This document shows positions 1-9,419 of a stretch of DNA of 64,000 nucleotides, piece after piece. The stretch spans positions 1 to 64,000 of IMG/VR virus record IMGVR_UViG_3300034073_003245; one strand, 5' to 3'. Both the position numbers and the translations under genes were made by a program. The notes below the pieces were generated by a model. The model did not search any database. It was not told the DNA's origin and saw nothing but the letters and a program-made list of their open reading frames with translations. Within the stretch, counting starts at the first letter, position 1. The number at the start of each line of letters is the position of its first letter. Origin of the DNA: a virus.

Positions 1-312
1 AGAAAGGGTCGGTCTAATAGGCTTGATCTTTCTTCGTCTTTGCTCTGCCGCCAACTGTCTACTAGTAAACCCAGCCCATACCCCGTGCATGTCAGCCGGT
101 GGAAACTCTAATGCGTACTCCAAACACTCTTTCTGAACCGGGCAGGTTTTACAGATGGCTCTTGCCTGAGTGATATAGGTAATATCCTTATGTTCCTTGG
201 GGAACATTAGTTGGGTCTTTCCTTTGCATGCAGCAAGGTCAAACCAAGTGGATTCCTGTATATCTACAGATTTATCCAGTTGGGGAACTATAGTGGGGTC
301 TTCATGAATCAC
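1..312 (-). CDS. whiB: WhiB family transcriptional regulator (3' end runs off the window)
   Basis: Manual translation (not in the ORF track): ...WFDLAACKG...ARAICKTCPVQKECLEYAL...HGVWAGFTSRQ. This gives four Cys (C..CxxC.....C) plus the GVWAG turn. GGGAGG RBS lies before the GTG. Confidence 0.9.
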   Translation of the reverse strand, partial: MIHEDPTIVPQLDKSVDIQESTWFDLAACKGKTQLMFPKEHKDITYITQARAICKTCPVQKECLEYALEFPPADMHGVWAGFTSRQLAAEQRRRKIKPIRPTLS

Positions 313-391
313 TTTCTTTCCCTCCCTGTGTTGTTGTCTCTCTCTATAGGGATCGGACTGTTCTTGCGAACATTGAGGGATTTTCTGGGCG

Positions 392-1015
392 TCACTTCTC
401 CTCCGCCTTTATCTCCTGTGTGTAGGCGTGGAATGGACCGCCGGTATACGGGTCACACTTCGCTGCGATTTGAAGACTTTTCAGAACTACTCGTTTTGCC
501 TGAGCAGCAGATAGTCCTTTACTTGCGGTCAGGGCGTGTAGTGACCCGAGCGCATATGCGGCTCCAGTGCCAACGGAGTAGAGCCCCCCGGCCTCTGAAG
601 TCCACGAATAGTCGTTTTCTATGATGTAAATAGTTGCGTTCACAACTACTACGACAGACGACCCCTGTTCTGCCCCCTTTTCCTTCGCCTGTTTCTCCTC
701 CGGCATCGCATATCCCTGTTGCTCAAAACATGATCTAAGAGCAGGGACGAACTTAGAAGTAATGAACTGGTCTAGTTTCTTCCCCCTTAGGTTCGCTGGT
801 ACTGCAGGGGGCTGGAAGACATGGTGAAGAATATTTATCGCGCGGACATCACCTGCGGCTCCTAGTAGATACTTCTTGCTAAGGGCGATCTTGGACTGGC
901 CGTTTCCTAGAGTGGAACTTTGGTACGCGAACCCTCCAGTATCAAAGGAAGAGATTCTTGTGTCAGCGCCGACGACCACATAGTTGTCGCCCTGTATTGC
1001 GGCAATTGTTGTCAT
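392..1015 (-). CDS. Ntn-hydrolase, proteasome beta-subunit/HslV-like protease
   Basis: N-terminal MTTIAA (catalytic Thr), GADTR, SKI, GAAGD, VGTGAAYALG and DPYTGG motifs. Confidence 0.8.
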   Translation of the reverse strand: MTTIAAIQGDNYVVVGADTRISSFDTGGFAYQSSTLGNGQSKIALSKKYLLGAAGDVRAINILHHVFQPPAVPANLRGKKLDQFITSKFVPALRSCFEQQGYAMPEEKQAKEKGAEQGSSVVVVVNATIYIIENDYSWTSEAGGLYSVGTGAAYALGSLHALTASKGLSAAQAKRVVLKSLQIAAKCDPYTGGPFHAYTQEIKAEEK

Positions 1016-1072
1016 GTAAACCTACTAACTTTCTGAAATTCAGAAATAAATTAGTGGTTCTTTTTTATTGTG

Positions 1073-1279
1073 TCAAGAACGCCATTTTCTAGCGTTGTGC
1101 AAATGCACGGAACCGTACGCAATAGCGCCGGCGATAAAGCCGTACTGTTTCGTGGTAATGGCGTAAATGATCCAAAGACACTCGTTGACAAAAGCGACGA
1201 CCCAGCCCCACCAGCGTCTTTGGCCTACAAGAAATAAGCCGGAAACGCCTACGGCGCTCAGTATCCAAGACCAGGCCAT
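1073..1279 (-). CDS. Small PnuC-like membrane protein
   Basis: 68 aa, hydrophobic; the WWGWVV..NECLWIIYA...YGF pattern resembles PnuC half-transporters. Confidence 0.5.
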   Translation of the reverse strand: MAWSWILSAVGVSGLFLVGQRRWWGWVVAFVNECLWIIYAITTKQYGFIAGAIAYGSVHLHNARKWRS

Positions 1280-1289
1280 TTAGATTTAA

Positions 1290-2468
1290 CTAAGCCCGGT
1301 ACTCTTTCCCACGGAACATTGACCAGCCGTTGTAGATAGCCATGCACTCGTAGGAGAACTTGTGCTCGCCATCGTCTTCGTAGTTCACGATTCCGATGCC
1401 CTGTTGCCAGTTTTCGTGGCGAACCAGTGGGCGACCGTCAAGGTCTACTCCACCCTTGGTGGAAGGTATAGCACCGTCAATACGGGCTAGACACCCAGGA
1501 GAGGCAGCCATGATGGTGCGAGGACCGTCGTAGTCCTCCCTGGTCTTGTAGGCACACTCAATACGGTGGATGTGCCCATAAATGACCGACGTCTTCTCTG
1601 CATTGAGATATACATGGGCGGTAGACCCAGATGACTTCACGCGATCACCGTGGATAATGCGGAGTTTCTTGTTGACCCAAAAGTCGGCTGCCGGGTATCC
1701 GGGGAAGTATTCAACGCCGAACTCGTCCATTCGGCAGAGATACGGAACGCTCAGAACAGGCCAGGACTCCGGAGTATTGCCCTTTCTGAGGCCATAAGCC
1801 GCTGCGGCATTGGTCAATAGGTACTTAGGCATACGCTCTTCGTGGTTTCCAGCCAGCCAGACGATTCTGGCGTGTGGGGCTGCCGATCTCATTTGGGCAC
1901 AGAACATAGTGGCACGATCAATCGCGGCCTGCGTGGTTTGCGCGTAGGCCGGATAAGTCAAGTATTTGCCCATTTCGGGGAGGTCAAGGTTGTCCCCGAC
2001 GCACACAATCAGTTCCGGCTGGAGTTCCTTGATGACCGACAAGAGGATTGAGATAGCGGCCTCGTCGTGCGTTGGCTCCAGTTCGCCGTTCATATTCCTG
2101 AAGTAACCGATTTGTATATCAGGGGGGATAACGCAGGTTTTGAACCCTGTTGGTGTCTTCGGTTTTGTCGTTGACTTTTGTAGTTGTACGGGCTTGCCCT
2201 GCTGGATTACTGGCCACTCTGGCCCAGTCTCCCATTTGGGGGAAAACTGAATAGCGGCAAGGTCGTGAATCTGAGCCTCGCCCTGCTCATCTTTGAGCAT
2301 TGACTGGTAAAGAGAGACCTTCTTGATGTCCCCAATCTCTGCAAGATCAATATTCTTGCGCTCCAGCATGTCGGCAAGAGTTCCGAGAAGTTTCTTCTTC
2401 ATCTCTGTGGAATTCGCCTGAGACTCTGTTGCCTCAAGATCTTTCAAAAGTTTCTTATTGTCAGCCAT
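1290..2468 (-). CDS. Calcineurin-like metallophosphoesterase
   Basis: PDIQIG, VGDNLD, GNHE, IHG and GHIHR motifs. Start placed at MADNKK, which follows a GGAGG RBS. Confidence 0.8.
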   Translation of the reverse strand: MADNKKLLKDLEATESQANSTEMKKKLLGTLADMLERKNIDLAEIGDIKKVSLYQSMLKDEQGEAQIHDLAAIQFSPKWETGPEWPVIQQGKPVQLQKSTTKPKTPTGFKTCVIPPDIQIGYFRNMNGELEPTHDEAAISILLSVIKELQPELIVCVGDNLDLPEMGKYLTYPAYAQTTQAAIDRATMFCAQMRSAAPHARIVWLAGNHEERMPKYLLTNAAAAYGLRKGNTPESWPVLSVPYLCRMDEFGVEYFPGYPAADFWVNKKLRIIHGDRVKSSGSTAHVYLNAEKTSVIYGHIHRIECAYKTREDYDGPRTIMAASPGCLARIDGAIPSTKGGVDLDGRPLVRHENWQQGIGIVNYEDDGEHKFSYECMAIYNGWSMFRGKEYRA

Positions 2469-2724
2469 TCTTGGCCTCCTTAATGCATGGGCACTCTTCT
2501 CCGGAGAAGCATTCACGGCGTTTTTCCCTCAAATGAGTTATTCCTCCGTTATATCCAGACTGTCGGATATGGGGGAGAATCTTTGCGGCGGAAACTTCAG
2601 GGTTTTTCATGATTCGCTCAAAAACCTCAAGAGTTTCTTCGTCAAGGTTTTTCATGAAAACACCAAGCATGCAACGCTTTGGCTCTTTGCTGTTTTCTAG
2701 TTGTAGCAACTTGTCAGCCAACAT
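2461..2724 (-). CDS. Hypothetical protein with Cys/His residues, possible Zn binder
   Basis: GGAGG RBS; overlaps the downstream gene. Confidence 0.55.
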   Translation of the reverse strand: MLADKLLQLENSKEPKRCMLGVFMKNLDEETLEVFERIMKNPEVSAAKILPHIRQSGYNGGITHLREKRRECFSGEECPCIKEAKNG

Positions 2725-2823
2725 GTTCGCCTCCTATTTGGTCAACGCGGTGACGACACGTTAGTCAATTCGCTCGCAACGCGCAAGCATGATACTCTCT
2801 GGAGGGGTCGCTGCGAGGAAAGT

Positions 2824-3246
2824 ATGGCGGATAATAAAGTCGCACAACTCAAGAAAGAACTTGATGTTCTTTTGAGCAGCCCAGAACTAGTTGAAAAAGT
2901 AATGACCACTCTTGATGATCTGAGAATAGTTCACTATCAAGAAGGCTCAGAAACTCCGCTTTTTTCAACTGCCGGCAGAGTGCTCTACTCTCTGATGTTA
3001 GACCCATACATGACGCAGAGGGCGCTTGCTGTTTACCTACAACTCAGCGAAACAATGATTGAAAAAACAATTAAGTCGTTATTAGAAGATGGCTTAATTA
3101 CAAAGACAAAAGTCAATCGCAAAAATGTCTACACTTTTGATATAAATCTTTTGCTAAAACACCCTGATATACAACGCATACCGCCGATTCTCAAGGAAGT
3201 AAATAGACTTAGGTCACAGCAGGTTGATGATGAACCGCTGTTCTAG
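2824..3246 (+). CDS. Winged-HTH DNA-binding protein (MarR/AsnC-like)
   Basis: MTQRALAVYLQLSETMIEKTIKSLLEDGLI HTH followed by a wing. Confidence 0.75.
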   Translation: MADNKVAQLKKELDVLLSSPELVEKVMTTLDDLRIVHYQEGSETPLFSTAGRVLYSLMLDPYMTQRALAVYLQLSETMIEKTIKSLLEDGLITKTKVNRKNVYTFDINLLLKHPDIQRIPPILKEVNRLRSQQVDDEPLF

Positions 3247-3255
3247 GTACAATTC

Positions 3256-3576
3256 TTGACCGTGCCAAAGAACCCGCCCAAAGCAAAACCAAAGCCAGAA
3301 CTTCCGGCACCTACGTTTAAGTACGGATCAGCGACTTACGTGTGCCTAGCCTACGCAAAAATGGTGAATAAGCCATTTGGGATTATCAATATTAGGCAAT
3401 TCACGTACAGGTACAAAACCGACTACGAGGTAAAGCGCTCATTGGATGTGCTTGTTAAAAATGGTTCAATTAAAAAGGTTACAGAAGATACCTGGGAAAT
3501 AACGCCCAAAGGGATTACGCATGTGTACGATTTTGCTAAGCGTCGCGAACTTGCTGAATATCCCTCATCCTACTGA
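3256..3576 (+). CDS. Putative winged-helix protein
   Basis: LDVLVKNGSIKKV..WEITPKG wing signature. The true start may be the GTG at 3262. Confidence 0.5.
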   Translation: MTVPKNPPKAKPKPELPAPTFKYGSATYVCLAYAKMVNKPFGIINIRQFTYRYKTDYEVKRSLDVLVKNGSIKKVTEDTWEITPKGITHVYDFAKRRELAEYPSSY

Positions 3577-3893
3577 GCGTTTTTGCTCACAAGCCACGCC
3601 TGGAATGTCTCGTCACTAAGGGGCATGAACCACAACTGGCAAGAGTCTAGATCTCTGGGGTCTCCGATGAGGGTCCAACATATTTGGATGGATTCAGCCG
3701 CAGGACACGAACCAGCATTGCACTCAAGCCCATAACGGTTGATAAACCATTCAACGGCGCAACCATCGTATTCCGTCCGGCACGAACCATTTTCCGGATT
3801 GGGGCAGAAAACTTCAACAATGTCAACCTCCGAACGGTTGATCCTGAGATGGATTTTGTGGCCGTCGTTGTGCCAGACCATTTCCTGCGACAC
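3570..3893 (-). CDS. Hypothetical Cys-rich protein
   Basis: ORF with a GGAG RBS and 7 Cys. Confidence 0.55.
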   Translation of the reverse strand: MSQEMVWHNDGHKIHLRINRSEVDIVEVFCPNPENGSCRTEYDGCAVEWFINRYGLECNAGSCPAAESIQICWTLIGDPRDLDSCQLWFMPLSDETFQAWLVSKNAQ

Positions 3894-3964
3894 GGGGTCT
3901 CCTTGGTTAGATTTTAAAAAACTACCCCGTCTTCAGGCATTCCTCCACATGCCTATTTTATCTT

Positions 3965-4210
3965 CTAAGCCTTGGCCTTCTTGTCAACCCTGTTGAAAAC
4001 CTCGTTGATTTCTTCAACGCTCAGTTTTCCATCGTCAAGGAATGCTCTGGCCAGACCCTCAATGACAGTGGCGACACCGGCGATTCCAGCCATAAAAACG
4101 GCTTTCCAGAGCGGAACACCGGCAATTGATCCCGCGCCTATAACGCCGAGGCCGTTGGCAGCAAAAACCGCCATAATTCTTAACAGTACTGTTTTCATTT
4201 GAACCCCCAC
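3965..4210 (-). CDS. Small membrane protein, possible holin
   Basis: Two hydrophobic segments and a charged C-terminus; near the endolysin. Confidence 0.5.
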   Translation of the reverse strand: MGVQMKTVLLRIMAVFAANGLGVIGAGSIAGVPLWKAVFMAGIAGVATVIEGLARAFLDDGKLSVEEINEVFNRVDKKAKA

Positions 4211-4221
4211 ACCCCTGTGGA

Positions 4222-4434
4222 TTATGTATGTGATTTCGCGCAGGATGCTGAGCAGAACAAAAGGTCTGCTTTCATCCTCACAATCCCCCTAGCGGTCTCT
4301 TTCCCGCATTTGTGGCATTTACACGCCGAACCCTTAATGCCCACGTAGCGGACCACTGAGCCATATACGGCGGGATCCTGGGGGACATTAGTGCGCCCAC
4401 CTGACTGTGGCTTTGCCGGCTTCTTACCCGACAT
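4222..4434 (-). CDS. Small zinc-ribbon protein
   Basis: CKCHKCG...FCSASC. Confidence 0.5.
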   Translation of the reverse strand: MSGKKPAKPQSGGRTNVPQDPAVYGSVVRYVGIKGSACKCHKCGKETARGIVRMKADLLFCSASCAKSHT

Positions 4435-4663
4435 CTTTGAACTCGCCTATCGCATGGTCGTTGATGTGGTCGTCAATCTTTTTTTCAGTACGAATAGCGG
4501 CTTGCTCAACTCTGTCAATTGATCTTCCAAGATTCTTTGCGATCAAGTCAAGTCTTTCCCTGAGAGCAGCATGGTCGGACTTGTTCTCCCTGCGTCCCTT
4601 CTCAATGAGGGCCACAGAAAGAGCGCTAACCATGCCGATGATGGCGATGATTATGTTTTCCAT
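4424..4663 (-). CDS. Single-TM coiled-coil protein, lysis-cassette type
   Basis: N-terminal TM segment, coiled coil, and C-terminal IDDHINDH; directly after the endolysin. Confidence 0.55.
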   Translation of the reverse strand: MENIIIAIIGMVSALSVALIEKGRRENKSDHAALRERLDLIAKNLGRSIDRVEQAAIRTEKKIDDHINDHAIGEFKDVG

Positions 4664-4703
4664 TACTTAGTACCGCCCTTTTTTGGCCTTCTAAGCCGGG
4701 CGG

Positions 4704-5240
4704 TCAGTCTTTTTTTTCCGGCTTGGGCAGGGCACGCCAGGCTGCTTCAAACTTCGCAGCGTCCTTGGCCATCTCTGGGTCAAGTTCAATGTGGAGCCAC
4801 TTTCCGCCGAAAGAACCAGCATTGTCCTTTTCGTTAAAAATCTTGACGCCCTTGGCGCCCTCGCCGCGTGATGAACGGTATCCACGGCCGTAGCCAGGCT
4901 TTCCATCCTTGACGTTAGCGTCAAATGCGTAGTCGTGGATCTCAACAATCCCGAGTTCTTTGGTGTGCTTTAGAAACCACTCCCACATCTCCACGCCAAC
5001 CTTGCGGTCGTCATAGCCGATATCCGCCGCAGCACCAGTGGCATGCACAGACAACCACTTCTCCATACCGGGATCGCCAATCTTCTTTCCCTGGGTATGC
5101 GAGTTTCTCATAAGGCGCGCCGAGTAAATACCTAGGTTCTTTGTCTTCCAGCGCTTACCGCAGAGTTCAACCAGTTTTACGGTCCCAGGCTGGGCCTTCT
5201 TGCCGTCAAATGCTGGGTAGTAAGGATATGGACGTGTCAT
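4704..5240 (-). CDS. Putative endolysin, M15/Hedgehog-fold Zn peptidase
   Basis: SVHATGAAADI (HxxxxAxD) and WLHIE motifs. Confidence 0.65.
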   Translation of the reverse strand: MTRPYPYYPAFDGKKAQPGTVKLVELCGKRWKTKNLGIYSARLMRNSHTQGKKIGDPGMEKWLSVHATGAAADIGYDDRKVGVEMWEWFLKHTKELGIVEIHDYAFDANVKDGKPGYGRGYRSSRGEGAKGVKIFNEKDNAGSFGGKWLHIELDPEMAKDAAKFEAAWRALPKPEKKD

Positions 5241-5288
5241 ATTCTTCCAATCTCTTGTATGGCCGACCTAAATATTGTACAGCAGTGT

Positions 5289-5450
5289 TTAATCTTTGCT
5301 GGCAAAAAGAGCGGCGAGATACACGGCTAGAGATACAACAGATATCCAAATTCCCCAAGTTCTTGTATCACCGCTTAGGGTGATTAGGACTAGCCCAGTT
5401 CCGCCAAGCGTCCATGAAAGATCGCCAAGGTTGTCAAGCAATTTTCTCAT
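5289..5450 (-). CDS. 53-aa two-TM membrane protein (absent from ORF track)
   Basis: MRKLLDNLGDLSWTLGGTGLVLITLSGDTRTWGIWISVVSLAVYLAALFASKD; TAATG coupling to the upstream gene. Confidence 0.65.
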   Translation of the reverse strand: MRKLLDNLGDLSWTLGGTGLVLITLSGDTRTWGIWISVVSLAVYLAALFASKD

Positions 5451-6886
5451 TAATTTCTCCTAGATGTTGTTACAGGTGGTGCAGCAAAAACCATTACAGC
5501 AGATACTCCAATTATGACTCTTCTAGCACCGACTGGAATAGAAGAACCTAGTGGAACGTAAGAATCTGTTGAGCCATCAAAAACATTGATCTCTTCCTCA
5601 AACGCTTCCCTCACTTCTTCTGGCGCGTTTTGAACTGCGGCCACAAGTTGTTCTGCCTGCTCTGATGTGAGTTCAGAAACATCAATTGCAGCAAATACTT
5701 GAGTTGCCTCTTCTTGTGTTATCTGCTCTAAGGCTTTAGCGGTAGTTGCTATTGCTACAGCCTGTTCAGTTGATATTGAAGGAGTTATTTCTGGGATAAC
5801 GGTTGTAGTTGTTGGCGAAATTGTTGTAGTGGTTGCAAAAAATGTTGTAGTCGGAGCAATAGTGGTAGTCGGAGCGGCTGTAGTTGTTGGTGCAGTAGTA
5901 GCGATAGTTATTTGTACCGTCGTCGTCGGTGGCGTTGTTTCCTGTTGTTCTGGTGGTTGTAGTACCGTAGTTTGGGGGGCCGAAGTGCTGGTACTGGTTG
6001 CAACAGGAACCTCCGTACTAGTTGTTGTAGTTTCAACAATTGTAGTTGAGGTAGTAGTCGTGGTTGTGGGAACAGTTGTTGTAGTTGTAGTTGTAGTTGT
6101 AGTTGTAGTTGTAGGGCTAGATATAAGCAGGGAAACTGGATCTGAAGTTTGTGAATAGACACCATTTGTGTCGTTGTCTGCTCTGACTGTAAAAATATAG
6201 TTTGCGTCAAGCCCTCCGGTTGAACTGAATAGTTCATAACTAAGAAGAATTTCTGTATTTAAAGAATTTGCATCACCGACATTACCTGTGGCAACTCCCC
6301 ATCCTGATTGACCATTTGACCACGATATTGCGTATCTCTCTGGGGAAATTCCAGAGTCGTTGGTCGCGGCTTCCCAATTTAAAAAAACACCGTCTTCTCT
6401 TGGCTCAACAGAAACAGACGTTGGGACCCCTAGGAACATCTGGACAGTTGTGGTGCTGGTGGTTGGACCCGATATAAGAGTCGGCTCAGACTGAGTTTCA
6501 ACAACATAACTAGTCCCATACCAGGCGTCTGGATTGCCACAACACACCCCGGTTCTTAGTCTGTAATTACCCGGCTGCGCCTCATACAAAATTCTTGAAT
6601 CAAGACCATAGTGATCGTCGTTGGCAGTTACTAGATTCCAGACTTGCTGACCATCAATGATTTGCTCTTGATAAAGCCACAACATTGAGTCAATTCCATA
6701 CTGCTGTGCGTATGTTCTGAAATCAAGAGTTTCAGGTTCTGCAAATGTGAAGTAATAATCGGATGCGCCGTAAGTAGTAAAAGTGGCCGCTTTAACTGAA
6801 GAAGGAAACATGCCCAGTATCGCAACTGGGGCAATGACTATTAATCTGAGCAGTCGTTTTAAGTTCACCCACACACCTCTGCACAA
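5450..6886 (-). CDS. Secreted, membrane-anchored surface protein with beta-sandwich/FN3 domains and a Thr-rich stalk
   Basis: Signal peptide ending SVKA-A, FN3-like LNWEA..Y.FTVRA, poly-Thr stalk, C-terminal hydrophobic anchor plus SRRN. Confidence 0.7.
   Translation of the reverse strand: MCRGVWVNLKRLLRLIVIAPVAILGMFPSSVKAATFTTYGASDYYFTFAEPETLDFRTYAQQYGIDSMLWLYQEQIIDGQQVWNLVTANDDHYGLDSRILYEAQPGNYRLRTGVCCGNPDAWYGTSYVVETQSEPTLISGPTTSTTTVQMFLGVPTSVSVEPREDGVFLNWEAATNDSGISPERYAISWSNGQSGWGVATGNVGDANSLNTEILLSYELFSSTGGLDANYIFTVRADNDTNGVYSQTSDPVSLLISSPTTTTTTTTTTTTTVPTTTTTTSTTIVETTTTSTEVPVATSTSTSAPQTTVLQPPEQQETTPPTTTVQITIATTAPTTTAAPTTTIAPTTTFFATTTTISPTTTTVIPEITPSISTEQAVAIATTAKALEQITQEEATQVFAAIDVSELTSEQAEQLVAAVQNAPEEVREAFEEEINVFDGSTDSYVPLGSSIPVGARRVIIGVSAVMVFAAPPVTTSRRN
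6074..6113. repeat. (GTTGTA)n simple repeat encoding poly-Thr
   Basis: Tandem gttgta units inside the Thr-rich stalk. Confidence 0.8.
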
Positions 6887-6904
6887 TTTTAGCAGAGGTG
6901 ACTC

Positions 6905-7150
6905 TTACCATTTATTAAGAGGGCAGGTTGCGTGTTCTAGTTTTGTCTTTAGTGGCATTATGCAACCACACTGGCGACACTGTTTTGTCGGGAGAAGTTC
7001 TGGACACTGCTCGCAGATTGCCATTCTCTCGGCAGCAATACCATCAGAAACCTTTGGCGTATCAGGGTTGAAGAGAGCAGTCGGCCCTACTTCACCGCGC
7101 TGCTGTCTTTCAAGATTCTTCTTTTTCCACTCTTGCCACGGATTTGTCAT
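6905..7150 (-). CDS. Small Cys-rich protein (DUF6171-like)
   Basis: RMAICEQC...CRQCGC...CPLNKW. Confidence 0.65.
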   Translation of the reverse strand: MTNPWQEWKKKNLERQQRGEVGPTALFNPDTPKVSDGIAAERMAICEQCPELLPTKQCRQCGCIMPLKTKLEHATCPLNKW

Positions 7151-7365
7151 GAACCAGATTCTAGCGGATCGTAGAACTTCTCGCCATCCCACATCCAGCC
7201 TTCTGGAATTGATACTTCAGATGGAATGATTTTTGGATCACTTGACATTATGGCAACAAACTTTTCCGATATCGGTTGCACCTTGTCGTCGGGAGTGACG
7301 TGCATAGGTGTTTTTATACCACCTGCCACTTCTCCATCAACAACAAAAATAAAATATTTAGACAT
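7147..7365 (-). CDS. Hypothetical protein, possible fibre-associated chaperone
   Basis: C-terminal GWMWDGEKF; coupled to neighbouring genes. Confidence 0.5.
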   Translation of the reverse strand: MSKYFIFVVDGEVAGGIKTPMHVTPDDKVQPISEKFVAIMSSDPKIIPSEVSIPEGWMWDGEKFYDPLESGS

Positions 7366-7377
7366 TTATTTTCCTAA

Positions 7378-8589
7378 CTAAAAAGGTGGTGAATATGGAT
7401 TGCAGAAGGTCGGACCAACTGCTCTATAAACGCCAGTAAGAGTACATCTTTCTACATTTGTGGGACCGTAGTACCCATCGGGACACGGAAATGCATAAGC
7501 ACCAGAAGAGTTTGTATAGACCCAACCTACTCCTCCGACCACATTAGATGCTACATACTGAGATAGCGCGCCACCGACGACAGTAAGAACATCGTATGTT
7601 ACATATTCGTCAACATCAACCCAACTGTCGGAAGGAACACAAACCCCCGTAGTGTCTACCCAGGTGGTTGTTGTACACCCAATTGTTGACCAGTCTGGAT
7701 ACGGGGTGTAGTTCCAAGCAATTGTTGACCAGTCCGGATAGGCAGTATAAACCCAGGAAATTGTTGAAAAGTCTGGGTATGCAGTATAAACCCACGGAGT
7801 GACCCATACTGTTTCTGAGCCGCCATCAGAGTATGTCCATGCGGTGTATGGTCCGGCAGTACAAGATACTGAAGGATTTATAAAACGAGTTCTTGATCTT
7901 GTCCTGCTTCTACTGCGTGTTCTTGTTCTAGTTTTTGATCTTGTCCTAGTTCTGCTGCGAGATCTGGTTCTAGTTCTTGTTTTATATGTACTTCTTTTTT
8001 GCTGTCTATTGCCGCAATCGCCACAAACGAGTTGCTGAGTGCATGTTGTGTCGCATCCGTTATTGCCAACATAAGAACCGTCATTGCAGGTGTATAGAGT
8101 CTCAGAACAAGTGCCGTCATTACAGTCCGTTTGTGTTTCAATACAGTCAGGACATCCATTTGTATAGTTTTCTGTTATTGTTTCAGAACAACTTCCGTCT
8201 GTACATGTGTTGTCAAAACACGTTCCATCAGTACACGACGTATCGGTCTCAATTGTCCATGGAATGTTGTTAGAAGAAGCCGTGCTCCATTCGCTCCAGC
8301 CATAAGCATTGAAAGCCCGCACTCGTATTTTGTATCTGTTTGTGTTGTATTGAGTGAGTATTTGATGACTCAACGAAGTAACTTCAGTTCCAGCAGACCA
8401 GGCACCATCGTTGGTTGAAACTTGATATTCGTACTTAGTTATATCAAGCCCATTGTCGGCTGGCTTTGTCCAGTTGTAAGTTGTATTTACACAGCCGTTT
8501 GAAACTGTTGGTGCAGCAGGAACAGAGGGTACTCTGGCAAATCCAGAATAACCCTTAGACGAACTTCCTCTTCCCGCTATAAAAGGCAC
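7378..8589 (-). CDS. FN3-domain virion protein with Cys-rich, Arg-Thr/Ser and Trp-repeat segments
   Basis: FN3 (WTKP.DNG..I..Y...Y.IRVRAFN..GWS), CxDGxC repeats, an (RT/RS)n run and three WxYTxYPDxSTI repeats. Confidence 0.7.
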   Translation of the reverse strand: MPFIAGRGSSSKGYSGFARVPSVPAAPTVSNGCVNTTYNWTKPADNGLDITKYEYQVSTNDGAWSAGTEVTSLSHQILTQYNTNRYKIRVRAFNAYGWSEWSTASSNNIPWTIETDTSCTDGTCFDNTCTDGSCSETITENYTNGCPDCIETQTDCNDGTCSETLYTCNDGSYVGNNGCDTTCTQQLVCGDCGNRQQKRSTYKTRTRTRSRSRTRTRSKTRTRTRSRSRTRSRTRFINPSVSCTAGPYTAWTYSDGGSETVWVTPWVYTAYPDFSTISWVYTAYPDWSTIAWNYTPYPDWSTIGCTTTTWVDTTGVCVPSDSWVDVDEYVTYDVLTVVGGALSQYVASNVVGGVGWVYTNSSGAYAFPCPDGYYGPTNVERCTLTGVYRAVGPTFCNPYSPPF

Positions 8590-8591
8590 TA

Positions 8592-9419
8592 CTACACCTG
8601 CGCGTATCTAGCCTGGCTCGCAAAAACAGCAACCGCATTAGTCCCAGTTCTTACAAAAGTAAAAGTGTAAATATCAATGCCGCTTCCGCCTGCCGGGATT
8701 GCGCCGCCGAACCAGTATGTGGTCACTGTAGGTGGTGAGGTTTTGTCTCCATCAACAACAATTCCAGATGTTCCAAACTGTCTTGAGTTTGGGTTTTGGA
8801 TCATCACAACAATAGTCGCTGAATTTGAATCAGTAGTCAGCAGATCGGTTAGCCGAGTTCCAGCATTTCCCCTAAAGTTGATTCTCATGTTTGCTGCATG
8901 CGCACCAGTGAACCAGTAGACAGCACCGTCAAGAAAATTGACATTGGTATCTGTGGCTGTAGAGGTAATGGCTGTTGAGTTTCTTGTTGCCTTCTCCAGA
9001 AGTTGCCCAATAGAGGCAGTGCCTGAAAGAGTTGTAGTGCCAGAAAGGGTAAGCCCAGATCCAAGTTTTGCACTTGTCACAGCAGCGTCTCTAATTGTTG
9101 CTGTTGTAACTGCTTCTAATCCCGACGTTTGAAGCAATTTTGCTGTAGTTACGGCGCCGTCCTCAACCTGGGCAACCTGCTTTGTCCATGCAAAAACTCC
9201 AGGAGATGTTTGGGTGTAAATATATGTTGCAGGATTTCCAGTACCGTCATCCTTGATGTAGGCAAAGCGCCCTTCCTGAAGTTCCGGCTCGTCAACATCG
9301 CCAAACGCTGCGTCTCTTTGTGCGATTGTGTCAAAGACAACGAACGCCTGGTCCATGAAAAACTGGTTGACTTCTGTGGCGTCAAGAATTTCATCATTTA
9401 CGAATTTTTTAATAGGCAT
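8592..9419 (-). CDS. Minor tail/fibre protein
   Basis: Actinophage-type N-terminus (F..EIL.A.EVN..FMDQ...F....RDAA), DGAVTTAKL repeats, C-terminal IDIYTFTF domain. Confidence 0.65.
   Translation of the reverse strand: MPIKKFVNDEILDATEVNQFFMDQAFVVFDTIAQRDAAFGDVDEPELQEGRFAYIKDDGTGNPATYIYTQTSPGVFAWTKQVAQVEDGAVTTAKLLQTSGLEAVTTATIRDAAVTSAKLGSGLTLSGTTTLSGTASIGQLLEKATRNSTAITSTATDTNVNFLDGAVYWFTGAHAANMRINFRGNAGTRLTDLLTTDSNSATIVVMIQNPNSRQFGTSGIVVDGDKTSPPTVTTYWFGGAIPAGGSGIDIYTFTFVRTGTNAVAVFASQARYAQV

Noticed and set aside
5829-6237. Val-rich and LQLQ ORFs
   Set aside because: They are antisense or alternative-frame shadows of the poly-Thr repeat.
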